Of a stretch of DNA of 64,000 nt, positions 39,076 to 48,316 are shown one piece after another; position 1 is the stretch's first letter; each line of letters starts with the position of its first letter. The stretch spans positions 352,001 to 416,000 of the forward strand of contig CBDFIQ010000002.1 in NCBI GenBank assembly GCA_965248195.1, read 5' to 3'. A program made the translations under genes and the position numbers. The stretch comes from Longimicrobiales bacterium. Its GTDB lineage: Bacteria > Gemmatimonadota > Gemmatimonadetes > Longimicrobiales > Gaopeijiaceae. The notes beneath the pieces were generated by a model. It was not told the origin of the DNA, ran no database searches, and worked only from the letters and a program-made list of their open reading frames with translations.

Positions 39076-41946
39076 CTATAGCGCCCTTATCGCCTCGACC
39101 GGATCGATCCGTGTGGCCCGGAGCGCGGGGATGAGGCTCGCGATCAGCGCGGCGATAAGCAGCAGCGTCAGGGTACCAATGTACGTGGCAGGATCTGAGG
39201 GCGTGACGCCGTAGAGCAGGCTTTCGAGAACACGCGTGGCCACCAGGGCCACTGCCCCTCCGATCATTATGCCGACAACCGTCAGGCCGAGCACCCGGGC
39301 AGCCACCGACCAGATCACGTTCTCCGGTTGGGCTCCCAGCGCGATTCTGATGCCGAGTTCACGGGTCCGACGCGTCACCGCAACGTGGGTGACTCCATAG
39401 ACGCCGACCAGCGTGAGTAGGAGCGCCATCATGGAGAATGAAGCGAGTACGAGCATGAAGAACCATAGCTCGTCGAACGCCTCCCCGTAGAACGTTTGCT
39501 GCGCGGATTCGATCGAGAGTGTAAAGCTAGGATCGATACTCCGAATTGCTTCTCGGATCGCGCCCGCGACGCTGAGGGGGTCACGTGTCGCCGTCCGGAT
39601 GCTGACAAAGGCCCAGCGGTTCGGGTACGTGTCTGGCGTCCCGAGAAACCAGATCCTGGAGATGTCCTCTCCAAACAACCAGGCACTCATGTAGCGCGAT
39701 TCGGGCATAACTCCGACGATGGTTACTGGGTCTCTCCAGCCAAACTCCAGGACGGCGCCGATCGGATCCTCTCCGCCAAAATATTGCCCGACTAGGTTCT
39801 CGTCGACGAGAGCCTCGGTGGCCTCGCCGGGAGGACGCCACGCGTCCGGTGCGGTGCCCCGGAGGAGGGCCGTTCCTGTCGTGCCTACGTAGTCTCCACG
39901 CATGTACAGGGTGTAGGTGCGCGGCACCTCTGGCGCTCGCCTCGGCTGACGATCCTCAGGCCACCCACGGACGGTGAAATTCGTTCGATCGTCCCACGCC
40001 AAAACCATAGCCGACTCGACCTCTGGCATCCGCTCGAAGGTCGCCATCAGTTCTTCGAAAAACAGCTCCCTCTCGGGCAGCGCCTTCAAACCTCGTCCGG
40101 TACTGCCGTCCTGCCATGTGATCGCCGACTGTTCGAAGTACTTGGCCATCGGTAGCCGGAACCTGACGCTAAGCATCTGACCGAGATCCACACCGCTATC
40201 GATCCGCGCTATGCGAACCATTGTATTCGCCATTAAGCCGCTGCCCACCAGGAGTACGACGGCGAGAGCGATCTGCCCCACGATGAACGCGTCTTGAAAC
40301 CAACGATCCCTCCGGTCGCGCAGGACCAGTGAGCCTCCCTTGAGCGCCTGCCCCACCTCCGTCTGCGATGCCAGGATGGCCGGCGCCAGTCCGAAAAGAG
40401 CGACGGTTACCAACGAGACGCCGACGGAGAAGGCGAGTGCCATCCAGTCGAGTGAGAGTTGCTCGAAAGGCCTGCTCGGCTCAGCCGTCAATCCGCTAAA
40501 CTGGAGCACAAGCCTCTCACTGATCATCGGTGCGACCACCTCCAGTCCCCAATGAGCGAACAGAAGTCCGAGGCCACCCCCGAGGGCACCGAGGACCGTC
40601 ACTTCGGCCACCACCTGCCGGAACAGTCGGCTCTTCGATGCGCCCATCGCCGCTCGAACGGAAAATTCCCCCCGTCGTGCTGCCGAGCGAGCCAAGAGGA
40701 GCGTCGCCACGTTCGAGCAGGCGATGAGAAGGATGAGCGCTGCCGTGGCGAGGGGAAGCAGCACAGGTATGCTGTAGGACTCCCGGAGATCGTCACGGAG
40801 GCTTTTGAGCACGACGCGTTGGGCGGCGTTTGCCTGGTCATAAAATGTGGGGTCTTCGTCTTGCTGTTGAAAATGTGGGTACTCCCGGTTGTTGCGGTGC
40901 TGGATAGCAGTCATTTCTTGGTCTGCGCGCTCGACGGTCACTCCGGGCGCCAACCGAGCAATCACCAATAACCCGTGATATTCTCTATTGGTCGGTCCGA
41001 TGATACTTCTGGCACTCTGCCAACTTCCGACGTTCAGGAAGACATCGATTTCTTTGCCATTCGCTGTCCACGATGGTGATCTCAGAAGGTTCGCATTTTC
41101 GGGAAGGACCCCGATCACGGTGTGGTTCAGATCATTCAGCCGAACCGAAGTGCCCAGCACGCCGGGATCTCCACCGAATTGGCGCTGCCAGAATCCGTGG
41201 CCCAATATCGCCACCGGCTGTGCCCCAGGCTCGTCGTCCTCGGGTACGAAGATGCGGCCGATCGACGCATCGGCGCCCAAGAGTGGCAGGAAGGAAGCCG
41301 ACAGAGATTGAACGTTCAACTCCGCCGTGCTCGTTGCGGTTCTGAAATCGCGGGTACTCGTGGTGGTGACCGCCATCCCGTCGAAAAGCTGTTCCTGGCT
41401 CCGCCAGTCCAGATACTCGGCAGCGGCCAGGCCACAGCAGATCTGCTCACCGCTAAGCACCGGATTGCCCTCGTATATGGTGACGAGTCGATCGGAGTCG
41501 GGGTACGGGAGCGGGCGAAGCATCACGGCGTTGGCCGCCGTGAAGAACGTCGTCGCCGCTCCAATGCCGAACGCCAAGGAAGCGATCGCCGCCACACTCA
41601 CGACCGGGTTCGCCCGAAGCAAGCGGACGCCGTACCGCAGATCGGCCAGCACGCCGTCCAAGAACGGTGGCCTCAGAGGCGGCCGCCCGGGACTCGCGTC
41701 CCTCTGTTGCTTCAGATGACCGAGCTTCACGACCGTTCCCATGCGCTCTCGGACACCGCTCCAGGTCGTGTCGAACATCAGCCAGGCCAGGAACCCCACC
41801 CGCGCGAGGAGTGGTCCGGACCCCCGCTCCTCCCATTGGGCCGTGAACACGTCCCGCATGGCGCGCCCGTGGCGCGCCCTGAACTCAGGCGGAAAGCTGC
41901 GCAGCGACCAGCGGAACATCCGCTCGGCTAATCGCATGTCCCTCAT
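39076..41946 (-). CDS. Duplicated orphan ABC permease (ADOP/MacB-like), copy 1
   Basis: DLRYGVRLL, LRPLPYPDSDRLV, LLIACSNVA, RRTRELGIRIALGA, PALRATRIDP; N-terminal FPPEFRARHG-type prefix. Confidence 0.92.
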   Translation of the reverse strand: MRDMRLAERMFRWSLRSFPPEFRARHGRAMRDVFTAQWEERGSGPLLARVGFLAWLMFDTTWSGVRERMGTVVKLGHLKQQRDASPGRPPLRPPFLDGVLADLRYGVRLLRANPVVSVAAIASLAFGIGAATTFFTAANAVMLRPLPYPDSDRLVTIYEGNPVLSGEQICCGLAAAEYLDWRSQEQLFDGMAVTTTSTRDFRTATSTAELNVQSLSASFLPLLGADASIGRIFVPEDDEPGAQPVAILGHGFWQRQFGGDPGVLGTSVRLNDLNHTVIGVLPENANLLRSPSWTANGKEIDVFLNVGSWQSARSIIGPTNREYHGLLVIARLAPGVTVERADQEMTAIQHRNNREYPHFQQQDEDPTFYDQANAAQRVVLKSLRDDLRESYSIPVLLPLATAALILLIACSNVATLLLARSAARRGEFSVRAAMGASKSRLFRQVVAEVTVLGALGGGLGLLFAHWGLEVVAPMISERLVLQFSGLTAEPSRPFEQLSLDWMALAFSVGVSLVTVALFGLAPAILASQTEVGQALKGGSLVLRDRRDRWFQDAFIVGQIALAVVLLVGSGLMANTMVRIARIDSGVDLGQMLSVRFRLPMAKYFEQSAITWQDGSTGRGLKALPERELFFEELMATFERMPEVESAMVLAWDDRTNFTVRGWPEDRQPRRAPEVPRTYTLYMRGDYVGTTGTALLRGTAPDAWRPPGEATEALVDENLVGQYFGGEDPIGAVLEFGWRDPVTIVGVMPESRYMSAWLFGEDISRIWFLGTPDTYPNRWAFVSIRTATRDPLSVAGAIREAIRSIDPSFTLSIESAQQTFYGEAFDELWFFMLVLASFSMMALLLTLVGVYGVTHVAVTRRTRELGIRIALGAQPENVIWSVAARVLGLTVVGIMIGGAVALVATRVLESLLYGVTPSDPATYIGTLTLLLIAALIASLIPALRATRIDPVEAIRAL

Positions 41947-42281
41947 GATACGTTCTCTCCGCCCAGGATCCCGAGCCGGACGCCTGAGTCGAGCAGACCA
42001 CGCATATCCTCGAGCGTTCCGCGCAGCGCTTCTCGTCCCGTTTGCGTGAGCCGGTATTCTCTTCGCCGGTCATCATCGGAATCGCTGGCGCTGATCTCTT
42101 CGATGTAGGCGCGGTCGAGGAGCTGGTGCAGGGCCCGGTAGAGTGAGCCGGGCTTCAGGGCGACCCGGCCGCCGGTCCGCACCTCGATCTCCTTGCTGAT
42201 GGCGTAGCCGTGGAGAGGCCCTTCGGCCACGACGAGGAGAATCTGTACGTGGCGCTGCGTTAGCTTGCGAGACATCGGCAT
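41943..42281 (-). CDS. PadR-family transcriptional regulator
   Basis: HGYAISKEI..LKPGSLYRALHQL..RRREYRLTQTG; ATGA overlap with the permease. Confidence 0.93.
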   Translation of the reverse strand: MPMSRKLTQRHVQILLVVAEGPLHGYAISKEIEVRTGGRVALKPGSLYRALHQLLDRAYIEEISASDSDDDRRREYRLTQTGREALRGTLEDMRGLLDSGVRLGILGGENVS

Positions 42282-42296
42282 CTCCCGGCGCTACAC

Positions 42297-42315
42297 TAGA
42301 CACGACTCGTGTATA
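42297..42315. promoter_or_regulatory. Candidate operator of PadR copy 1
   Basis: TAGACACGA-C-TCGTGTATA palindrome (8/9) about 16 bp upstream of the start. Confidence 0.6.
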
Positions 42316-42402
42316 CACATATCGTGCATGCTGATGCTTCGCAAGGATCTGGTGGCGGTGGGCCTCCGGCTGGTCTGGCCCCATGCTCGGCGAAAACCTC
42401 CC

Positions 42403-42449
42403 CCGCCTTGCCGCCGTTGACTTCCTGATCTTAGGCCGTGGCCCGTGGG
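42403..42449 (+). repeat. 47-bp repeat, copy 1 (40/47 identical to 45851-45897)
   Basis: CCGCCTTGCCGCCGTTGACTTCCTGATCTTAGGCCGTGGCCCGTGGG. Confidence 0.85.
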
Positions 42450-42554
42450 GTCATGATCTCCGTGGGATCATGATCTCCGTGGCTCTTGCTGGTCCCGCGG
42501 GGTCTCACGGGATGGCTCGATCCCAGCGTGCGTCTCGGCACTGACCGCCTGTGC

Positions 42555-45395
42555 TTAGAGCGCCCTTATCGCCTCGACCGGATCGATCCGGGTGGCCCGG
42601 AGCGCAGGGATGAGGCTGGCGACCATGGCGGCCACAAGGAGCAGGGCTATCGTACCCACGTACGTGACGGGGTCGGCAGGCGTGACGCCGTAGAGCAGGC
42701 TTTCGAGAACACGAGTGGCGGCTAGCGCGAGGCCGCCTCCGATCGCCACACCCAAGACCGTCAACCCTAGCACCCGGCCGGTCACGGACCAAATTACGTT
42801 TTCCGACTTCGCGCCCAGCGCGATTCTGATGCCGAGCTCCCGGGTCCGGCGCGTCACGGCCATGTGGATGGTTCCGTACACTCCCAGCAGGGTGAGGAAT
42901 AGCGCCATCACCGAAAATGACGTGAGCACCAGCATGACGAAGCGTTGGGAGGCGAGTGGTCCGTATATCCCCTGCTCAACGGTTTTGATTGAGAGAGGCA
43001 GTTCGGGGTCGATGCTCCATACGGCTTGCCGAAGGGCGTCGGCGACGCCCAACGGATCACTTCCGGAGGTGCGGACGAGTAGCCAGGACTGGATGACGGT
43101 GTCCCCATCACCGGTCCCCAGAAAAAGGATGAAGGGGCTCGCCTCTGCTGTGATCCCATTGACCCATGGCGAGTCCGGTATGACGCCAACGACGGTTGCC
43201 AGGTCTCCGTCACCGAATTCCAGCACCGAGCCTACTGGATTCTCTCCGCCGAAATAGTCGTCGACGAACGTGCGATTGACGTACACCACGGAGGGGTCGC
43301 CCGGCAGCCGCCGGACGTTCGGTCCTGACCCAGCCAGGAGGGGCCTGCCGGTCGTACGCGGATAGTCGCCACGCGCGTAGGCGATCACATTACGTGGCCG
43401 CGGCAACACCTGCTCAGGCTGACGCTCGTCGGGCCAGCCTCGGACAGTGAAGTTTCTGATTCCTGAGAATCTAATTGTTACCGCCGACTCGACCTCCGCC
43501 ATGCGGTCGAGTCTCGCGAAGAGCTCTTCGAAAAACAGCTCTCTTGATGGTCGAGGAGCCCATAAGGGGAACCAAGGCTCGTCATTCGGCCCTGGCGTCG
43601 TCCTCTCATAATACTTTTCGCGAGGCAGTTCGAAGTCGAGCTGCAGGAGATTTCGCTCCATTCCGATCTCGATCCGTGCGAAGCGCGCCATCGTATTCAC
43701 CATCAGTGCGCCACCTACCAAGAGCACAAAGACGATCGCGATCTCACCCACCGTAAGGAGATCACGCAATGGTCGGGCAGCCGGCCCGCGGGAGAAAAAG
43801 CCTCCCGTCTTCGTCGAGCCGCCCCAATCCACCCGGGATGCAGTAACCGCCGAGGCCAGCCCGAACAGGACGACGGTCGCGAACGACAGAACGACGGAGA
43901 ACGTGAGCGCCGTCCAATCGAGCGACACCTGCTCGAGCGGCATGCCGAGTTCGGCGGGGACCTCGTTGAAGGTCTCGAGAAGGCCGGGGGGAATCGCCGG
44001 TATGACGGTCGCCACTCCCCATTGAGCGAGGAGAAGTCCCAGACCGCCTCCAAGCACGCCGAGAACCGTCGCTTCAGCCAGAATCTGTCGGAACAACCGG
44101 CTTCGCGATGCTCCCATCGCCGCTCGTACGGCGAATTCACCGCGTCGCGCTTCGGAGCGAGCCAGGAGCAGCATCCCAACATTGGAGCAAGCGATGAGGA
44201 GGAGGAGTCCGGCCGTGCCGAGCGGCAATAACAACGGTGTACGGAAGGAGTCGTGGAGAGCTTCGCGAAGATCCTCGAGTGCGACGCCGTGAGCAGCGCT
44301 CGCTCCCTCGTAATCGAAATCTGCGGCGAAACTTCCGTCGGGGTAGTGTGGATGTTCCTCCGCGATGTTTCGAAAAATGACTGCCATGTCTTGGCGAGCG
44401 CGTTCGATGGGCACCCCCGGGGCCAGCCGACCGATCACCAACAGGATGTGGTTGCTTCTTTCCGTTAGCTCCTGCCTCTTCCCGGGGTTCAACCAGCTTC
44501 CGATGTTAAGAAATACATCGACCTCACCGCTTTCACCCCAACTACCCCCGATCCAGAACGGATTCTTCGGAAGTTGCGTGTTTGGGGGAAGAACCCCGAT
44601 CACCGTGTAGTTGAGCTCCTCCGTCCGGACGAGCCGGAGAGAGGTTCCCAGTACGTTTGGGTCGCCGCCGAAACGGCGTTGCCAATATCCGTAGCTCAGG
44701 ACGACCGTCGGCTCCGATGTCGGCTCGTCGTCCTGTGGCATGAACACACGGCCGATCATGGCGTCAACGCCCAAGAGTGACATGAACGATCCGGACACGG
44801 ACTGGATGTTCAGCCGCTCCGCACTCTCTCCGTCGGCCAGATTTCGGGTGCGGATGCGAGCTGCCGCCACGTCGGAGAAGAGCTGCGTCTGGCTCTTCCA
44901 ATCCAAGTACTCCGCAGGTGCCAACGGAATGTGGTCGGCCCAGAACTCCGGATTGCTCTCGTGGATCGTGACGAGTCGATCCGAGTCGGGGTAGGGTAGC
45001 GGGCGCAGGATGACCTGGTTGGTAGCCGTGAAGAACGTCGTCGCCGCTCCGATGCCGAACGCCAGGGAAGCGATCGCCGCCACACTCACGACCGGGTTGG
45101 CCCGAAGCAAGCGGACGCCGTACCGCAGATCGGTCAGCACGCCGTCCAAGAACGGTGGCCTCAAGGGCGGTCGCCCAGGGCCTCCGCTCCGGATCCGCAC
45201 CCCCTCGCCGAGTACGGAATCGAAGTCTCCCAACCGCTGCTCGGCGTCGCGCTGGGCGTCGTGCTCGCTCATGCCAGCCGCCAGGTTCTCATCCACCCGG
45301 CACGCCAGATGAAAACGCAACTCCTCGGCGACCTCCCGCTCGAGCGGCCAGTCGAGCGAACGCTTACGCCACCACCATGATTTGAATGGCCCCAT
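42555..45395 (-). CDS. Duplicated orphan ABC permease (ADOP/MacB-like), copy 2
   Basis: Same core motifs as copy 1; N-terminal EVAEELRFHL..AAGMS..DA..RLGD permease-prefix domain. Confidence 0.92.
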   Translation of the reverse strand: MGPFKSWWWRKRSLDWPLEREVAEELRFHLACRVDENLAAGMSEHDAQRDAEQRLGDFDSVLGEGVRIRSGGPGRPPLRPPFLDGVLTDLRYGVRLLRANPVVSVAAIASLAFGIGAATTFFTATNQVILRPLPYPDSDRLVTIHESNPEFWADHIPLAPAEYLDWKSQTQLFSDVAAARIRTRNLADGESAERLNIQSVSGSFMSLLGVDAMIGRVFMPQDDEPTSEPTVVLSYGYWQRRFGGDPNVLGTSLRLVRTEELNYTVIGVLPPNTQLPKNPFWIGGSWGESGEVDVFLNIGSWLNPGKRQELTERSNHILLVIGRLAPGVPIERARQDMAVIFRNIAEEHPHYPDGSFAADFDYEGASAAHGVALEDLREALHDSFRTPLLLPLGTAGLLLLIACSNVGMLLLARSEARRGEFAVRAAMGASRSRLFRQILAEATVLGVLGGGLGLLLAQWGVATVIPAIPPGLLETFNEVPAELGMPLEQVSLDWTALTFSVVLSFATVVLFGLASAVTASRVDWGGSTKTGGFFSRGPAARPLRDLLTVGEIAIVFVLLVGGALMVNTMARFARIEIGMERNLLQLDFELPREKYYERTTPGPNDEPWFPLWAPRPSRELFFEELFARLDRMAEVESAVTIRFSGIRNFTVRGWPDERQPEQVLPRPRNVIAYARGDYPRTTGRPLLAGSGPNVRRLPGDPSVVYVNRTFVDDYFGGENPVGSVLEFGDGDLATVVGVIPDSPWVNGITAEASPFILFLGTGDGDTVIQSWLLVRTSGSDPLGVADALRQAVWSIDPELPLSIKTVEQGIYGPLASQRFVMLVLTSFSVMALFLTLLGVYGTIHMAVTRRTRELGIRIALGAKSENVIWSVTGRVLGLTVLGVAIGGGLALAATRVLESLLYGVTPADPVTYVGTIALLLVAAMVASLIPALRATRIDPVEAIRAL

Positions 45396-45439
45396 CGTCG
45401 ATCACCCTCACACGGACATGATTACACTTACGCACATCA

Positions 45440-45766
45440 CTACGCCGGCATCACTTTAGCGACGGCCTGGTGAAACCGAGTCCACTCGGTGGTCTGCACG
45501 GTCAACTCCTTGCGTCCGACTGGAGTGAGGTTGTACACACGGGCACGACGGTTCTTATCTGAAATGGTCCACTCGGACTCGATCCACCCACGGCGCTCCA
45601 TCCGGTAGAGCGCGGGATACATGGATCCCTCCTCGATCTGCAGGACCTCGTCGGTCAGCTTTTGGAGCCGTCGCGTGATGGCGTAGCCGTGCAACGGCTG
45701 CTCGACTAGGATCTGAAGCACGATCATGTCCAGCGTGCCTTTGAGCATGATTTGCCGTGATGCCAT
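45440..45766 (-). CDS. PadR-family transcriptional regulator (acidobacterial type)
   Basis: LKGTLDMIVL..HGYAI..IEEGSMYPALYRME..W..S..NRRARVYNLT..G..L..W. Confidence 0.94.
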   Translation of the reverse strand: MASRQIMLKGTLDMIVLQILVEQPLHGYAITRRLQKLTDEVLQIEEGSMYPALYRMERRGWIESEWTISDKNRRARVYNLTPVGRKELTVQTTEWTRFHQAVAKVMPA

Positions 45767-45780
45767 AGTTAGATCTTCTC

Positions 45781-45822
45781 ACTTAGAATCTCTGAGTATA
45801 AATACGACGACCGGAGGGTCAA
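45781..45822 (-). promoter_or_regulatory. Sigma-70-like promoter with overlapping palindromic operator for PadR copy 2
   Basis: Minus strand TTGACC-N16-TATACT (45822-45795); palindrome ACTTAGA-ATC-TCTGAGT at 45781-45797. Confidence 0.65.
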
Positions 45823-45850
45823 GTCAAATGGTGCCCCGCGACAATGTCAT

Positions 45851-45897
45851 CCGCCTTGCCTGCGTTAACTTCTTGAGCTTAGGCCGCGGACCGTGGG
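45851..45897 (+). repeat. 47-bp repeat, copy 2
   Basis: CCGCCTTGCCTGCGTTAACTTCTTGAGCTTAGGCCGCGGACCGTGGG. Confidence 0.85.
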
Positions 45898-46000
45898 AGC
45901 ATGGTCGGGATTCTTGGTAGTGGTGTCGCTCTTGGCCTGCTTCATTCCGGCGCGTCGCGCCACGAAGGTAGACCCGATGGCCACGCTGCGGACTGAATAG
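45896..46000 (+). pseudogene. 3'-terminal remnant of a third ADOP permease, opposite orientation
   Basis: Reads ..[29 protein letters not shown], the canonical permease C-terminus, with no upstream gene body. Confidence 0.85.
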
Positions 46001-46010
46001 TTTCCCGGGC

Positions 46011-46265
46011 CTAGCTGGGCAGCCCCTGATCGTCGTATCCGAGAATCTCCTCCGCCGATCGGCAATCCCGGTCGGGGAGCGCCCCCACGAAGTCCTGGAT
46101 CTCGGCGACCGCCGCCATCAGCCCGCCCGGCTGCGCCTGCGTGCGGAGGCCGGAAAGACGCTCCCGTAGTGCTATGGTGACCGCCTGGGTCAGACTCTCC
46201 CCCGTGCGCTCCGCCAGTTCCTTGGCCAGGCGGTGGGCTTCAGGGTTTTTTATTTTGAGTGCCAT
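46011..46265 (-). CDS. VapB antitoxin (Rv0623-like), no cognate toxin downstream
   Basis: MALKIKNPEAHRLAKELAERTGESLTQAV..ALRERL..EEILGYDDQGLP; GGAG RBS. Confidence 0.88.
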   Translation of the reverse strand: MALKIKNPEAHRLAKELAERTGESLTQAVTIALRERLSGLRTQAQPGGLMAAVAEIQDFVGALPDRDCRSAEEILGYDDQGLPS

Positions 46266-46371
46266 AGCGTTCTCCGTGAAGGTAGAACGGTAATGCTGCG
46301 ATTCCACCGTTTTCAAGTAAAGGACCAAGGTTTAGGGCACGACCCTCCATTTCTTCCATAAAGGGGCTTGG

Positions 46372-46404
46372 ATACGTATATTACATAACGTCATACGTAT
46401 ACGT
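46372..46404. promoter_or_regulatory. Candidate TA operator: two ATACGTAT palindromes 21 bp apart
   Basis: ATACGTAT at 46372-46379 and 46393-46400, just before ATG 46414. Confidence 0.55.
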
Positions 46405-46413
46405 GTAGAGACC

Positions 46414-46635
46414 ATGAAACAGAAACTCACGATCACTGTGGATGGCGAGCTCGTTCCGATGGCGAAGCGATATGCCCGATCCCAGGGTGTTTCGCTTTCG
46501 TCGCTCATCGAGACGGAGCTACGCGACCTGGTCTCGGGGGAGGCTCCGTCATTTACCTCGCGCTGGCGCGGCAAGTTTGAACCGGCCGAGCGCGAAGACC
46601 CCAGATACGAGGCACTTGCTAAGAAGTACCTGTGA
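46414..46635 (+). CDS. Antitoxin, DUF6364/RHH-like
   Basis: MKQKLTITVD..AKRYARSQGVSLSSLIE..L..KY; GTGA overlap with the PIN gene. Confidence 0.85.
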   Translation: MKQKLTITVDGELVPMAKRYARSQGVSLSSLIETELRDLVSGEAPSFTSRWRGKFEPAEREDPRYEALAKKYL

Positions 46636-47042
46636 TCCTCATCGACACCGATGTACTCATCGACCTGGCGCTCGATCGGGATCCGCACGCTGGTCCGGCC
46701 TCAGAGCTGTTCGACTATCTTGAGATCCGCCGCCGCCGAGCCTTCGTAGCGTGGCACTCACTGTCGAACTTCCACTACCTCGTATCGCCCGTCCATGGAA
46801 AGCAAAGCACCCAAGAGTTCCTCGTCGGTCTGACCCGCTTCCTGACCGTGGCACCATCCGACACCGAGGCACTTCGATTCGCAGCGCAGCTACCTATGAA
46901 CGACTTCGAGGACGCGCTCCAGGTCGCCGCGGCGAGGGCGTGCGGCGCCTCCTTCATCGCCACACGGAACACGAGCGACTATAGCCGTTCTCCAATTCCA
47001 GCCCTGTCGCCCGCGGCCGTGCTTGAAGAACTGAAGGGCTAG
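46632..47042 (+). CDS. PIN-domain (VapC-like) toxin
   Basis: ILIDTDVLID, DFEDALQVAAA, IATRNTSDY. Confidence 0.9.
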   Translation: MILIDTDVLIDLALDRDPHAGPASELFDYLEIRRRRAFVAWHSLSNFHYLVSPVHGKQSTQEFLVGLTRFLTVAPSDTEALRFAAQLPMNDFEDALQVAAARACGASFIATRNTSDYSRSPIPALSPAAVLEELKG

Positions 47043-48316
47043 AGGTCCCCCGCGACGCCCCCCTCAGGATGCAGAACGCTTTGGTCGTCCACCACGGCTT
47101 CGTCATCGGCGGCGAGGCCACTCCCCACCAGCCCCTCGACAGTCACGGCCGCCGCTACGTGTCCGGTGATGTTCGTCGCGCTCCGGAACATGTCCGGAAT
47201 CCGGTCGATCCCGAGCAGAAGCCCCAGGCCAGCCAGCGGTACGCCAGCGGCCTCGAGGATCGGGGCCAGCGTCACGATGCTCGCGGACGGCACCGGAGCC
47301 ACCGACATGGCGACCACGAAGCCCACGAATCCGGCGCTCACGAGGGTGGTGAACGGGAGCGGAACGCCGTAGAGGGCTGCGAGGAACACCACCGCCCCGG
47401 CCTGGAAGAGAGCACTGCCCGCGCGATTGATGGCCGCCCCTAAAGACAGGACCAGCGACGATACGGCCGGCGAGACGCCGAGTGCCTCGGCATCCTCGAA
47501 CATGACCGGGAGGGAGGCCACCGAGCTTGTCGTCGAGAACCCGATCACATAAGTGCCGGTCACTCCCCGAACGAACTCCCCTACCCCCTTCTTTCCCAGG
47601 AGCCGCACGGCCGGTAGGTAGAAGAGGGCCATGAACACGAACAGCCCGACGACCACGGTTCCCACGAACACGGCCAGGCCGGCGAGCAATCCGAACCCCA
47701 TCCGCGCGACGACCGGTGCGGCGAGCCCGAACACCCCGGCGGGCGCGGTCCACAAGATCCAGTGGATGAGCCGGGCGAATATGGAGCTGAGGTCCTCGGC
47801 GAAAGTGATCAGCCGGTGGCGAGCTGCCTCCGCCACGGCGCCCGTCGCGGCGGCCAGGAGAAGCGTGAACACGATCAGCGGGAGAAGGGCCCCGTCCGCC
47901 GCGGCGGCGAACGGGTTGGCCGGGATCAGGCTCAAGACGAGGTCGAGCAGTCCGGGGAGCTCTTGGGCGCTCTCTACTGTTGTCGGTACCTCGACGGCCA
48001 CCGGCCAGATGGTCATCGCGACGGTCATGAACCCCATGCCCATGACGATGGCTGGGATGGTCGTCCCCCAGAAGAAGCCGAACGCGGATCCCCCGAGCTT
48101 TCCCACCGACCTTGGATTTCCGAGGCGGGCGACACCGACGAAGATGGTCGTCACCACGAGCGGAATGACCACCATTCGGATCGCGTTGATGAACAGCGTG
48201 CCCAGAGGCGCCACGCCGGCAGCCAGGCGGTCGAGCACACCGATGTCGGTGGCGCTGGCGAGGAGTCCGAGCGTGAGTCCCAGGATCAGTCCCAGGGCGG
48301 TGGCGCGGTGGTTCAT
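47039..48316 (-). CDS. Dicarboxylate/amino acid:cation symporter (DAACS)
   Basis: FINAIRMVVIPLV, FSTTSSVASLP, IDRIPDMFRSATNITG. Confidence 0.93.
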   Translation of the reverse strand: MNHRATALGLILGLTLGLLASATDIGVLDRLAAGVAPLGTLFINAIRMVVIPLVVTTIFVGVARLGNPRSVGKLGGSAFGFFWGTTIPAIVMGMGFMTVAMTIWPVAVEVPTTVESAQELPGLLDLVLSLIPANPFAAAADGALLPLIVFTLLLAAATGAVAEAARHRLITFAEDLSSIFARLIHWILWTAPAGVFGLAAPVVARMGFGLLAGLAVFVGTVVVGLFVFMALFYLPAVRLLGKKGVGEFVRGVTGTYVIGFSTTSSVASLPVMFEDAEALGVSPAVSSLVLSLGAAINRAGSALFQAGAVVFLAALYGVPLPFTTLVSAGFVGFVVAMSVAPVPSASIVTLAPILEAAGVPLAGLGLLLGIDRIPDMFRSATNITGHVAAAVTVEGLVGSGLAADDEAVVDDQSVLHPEGGVAGDL

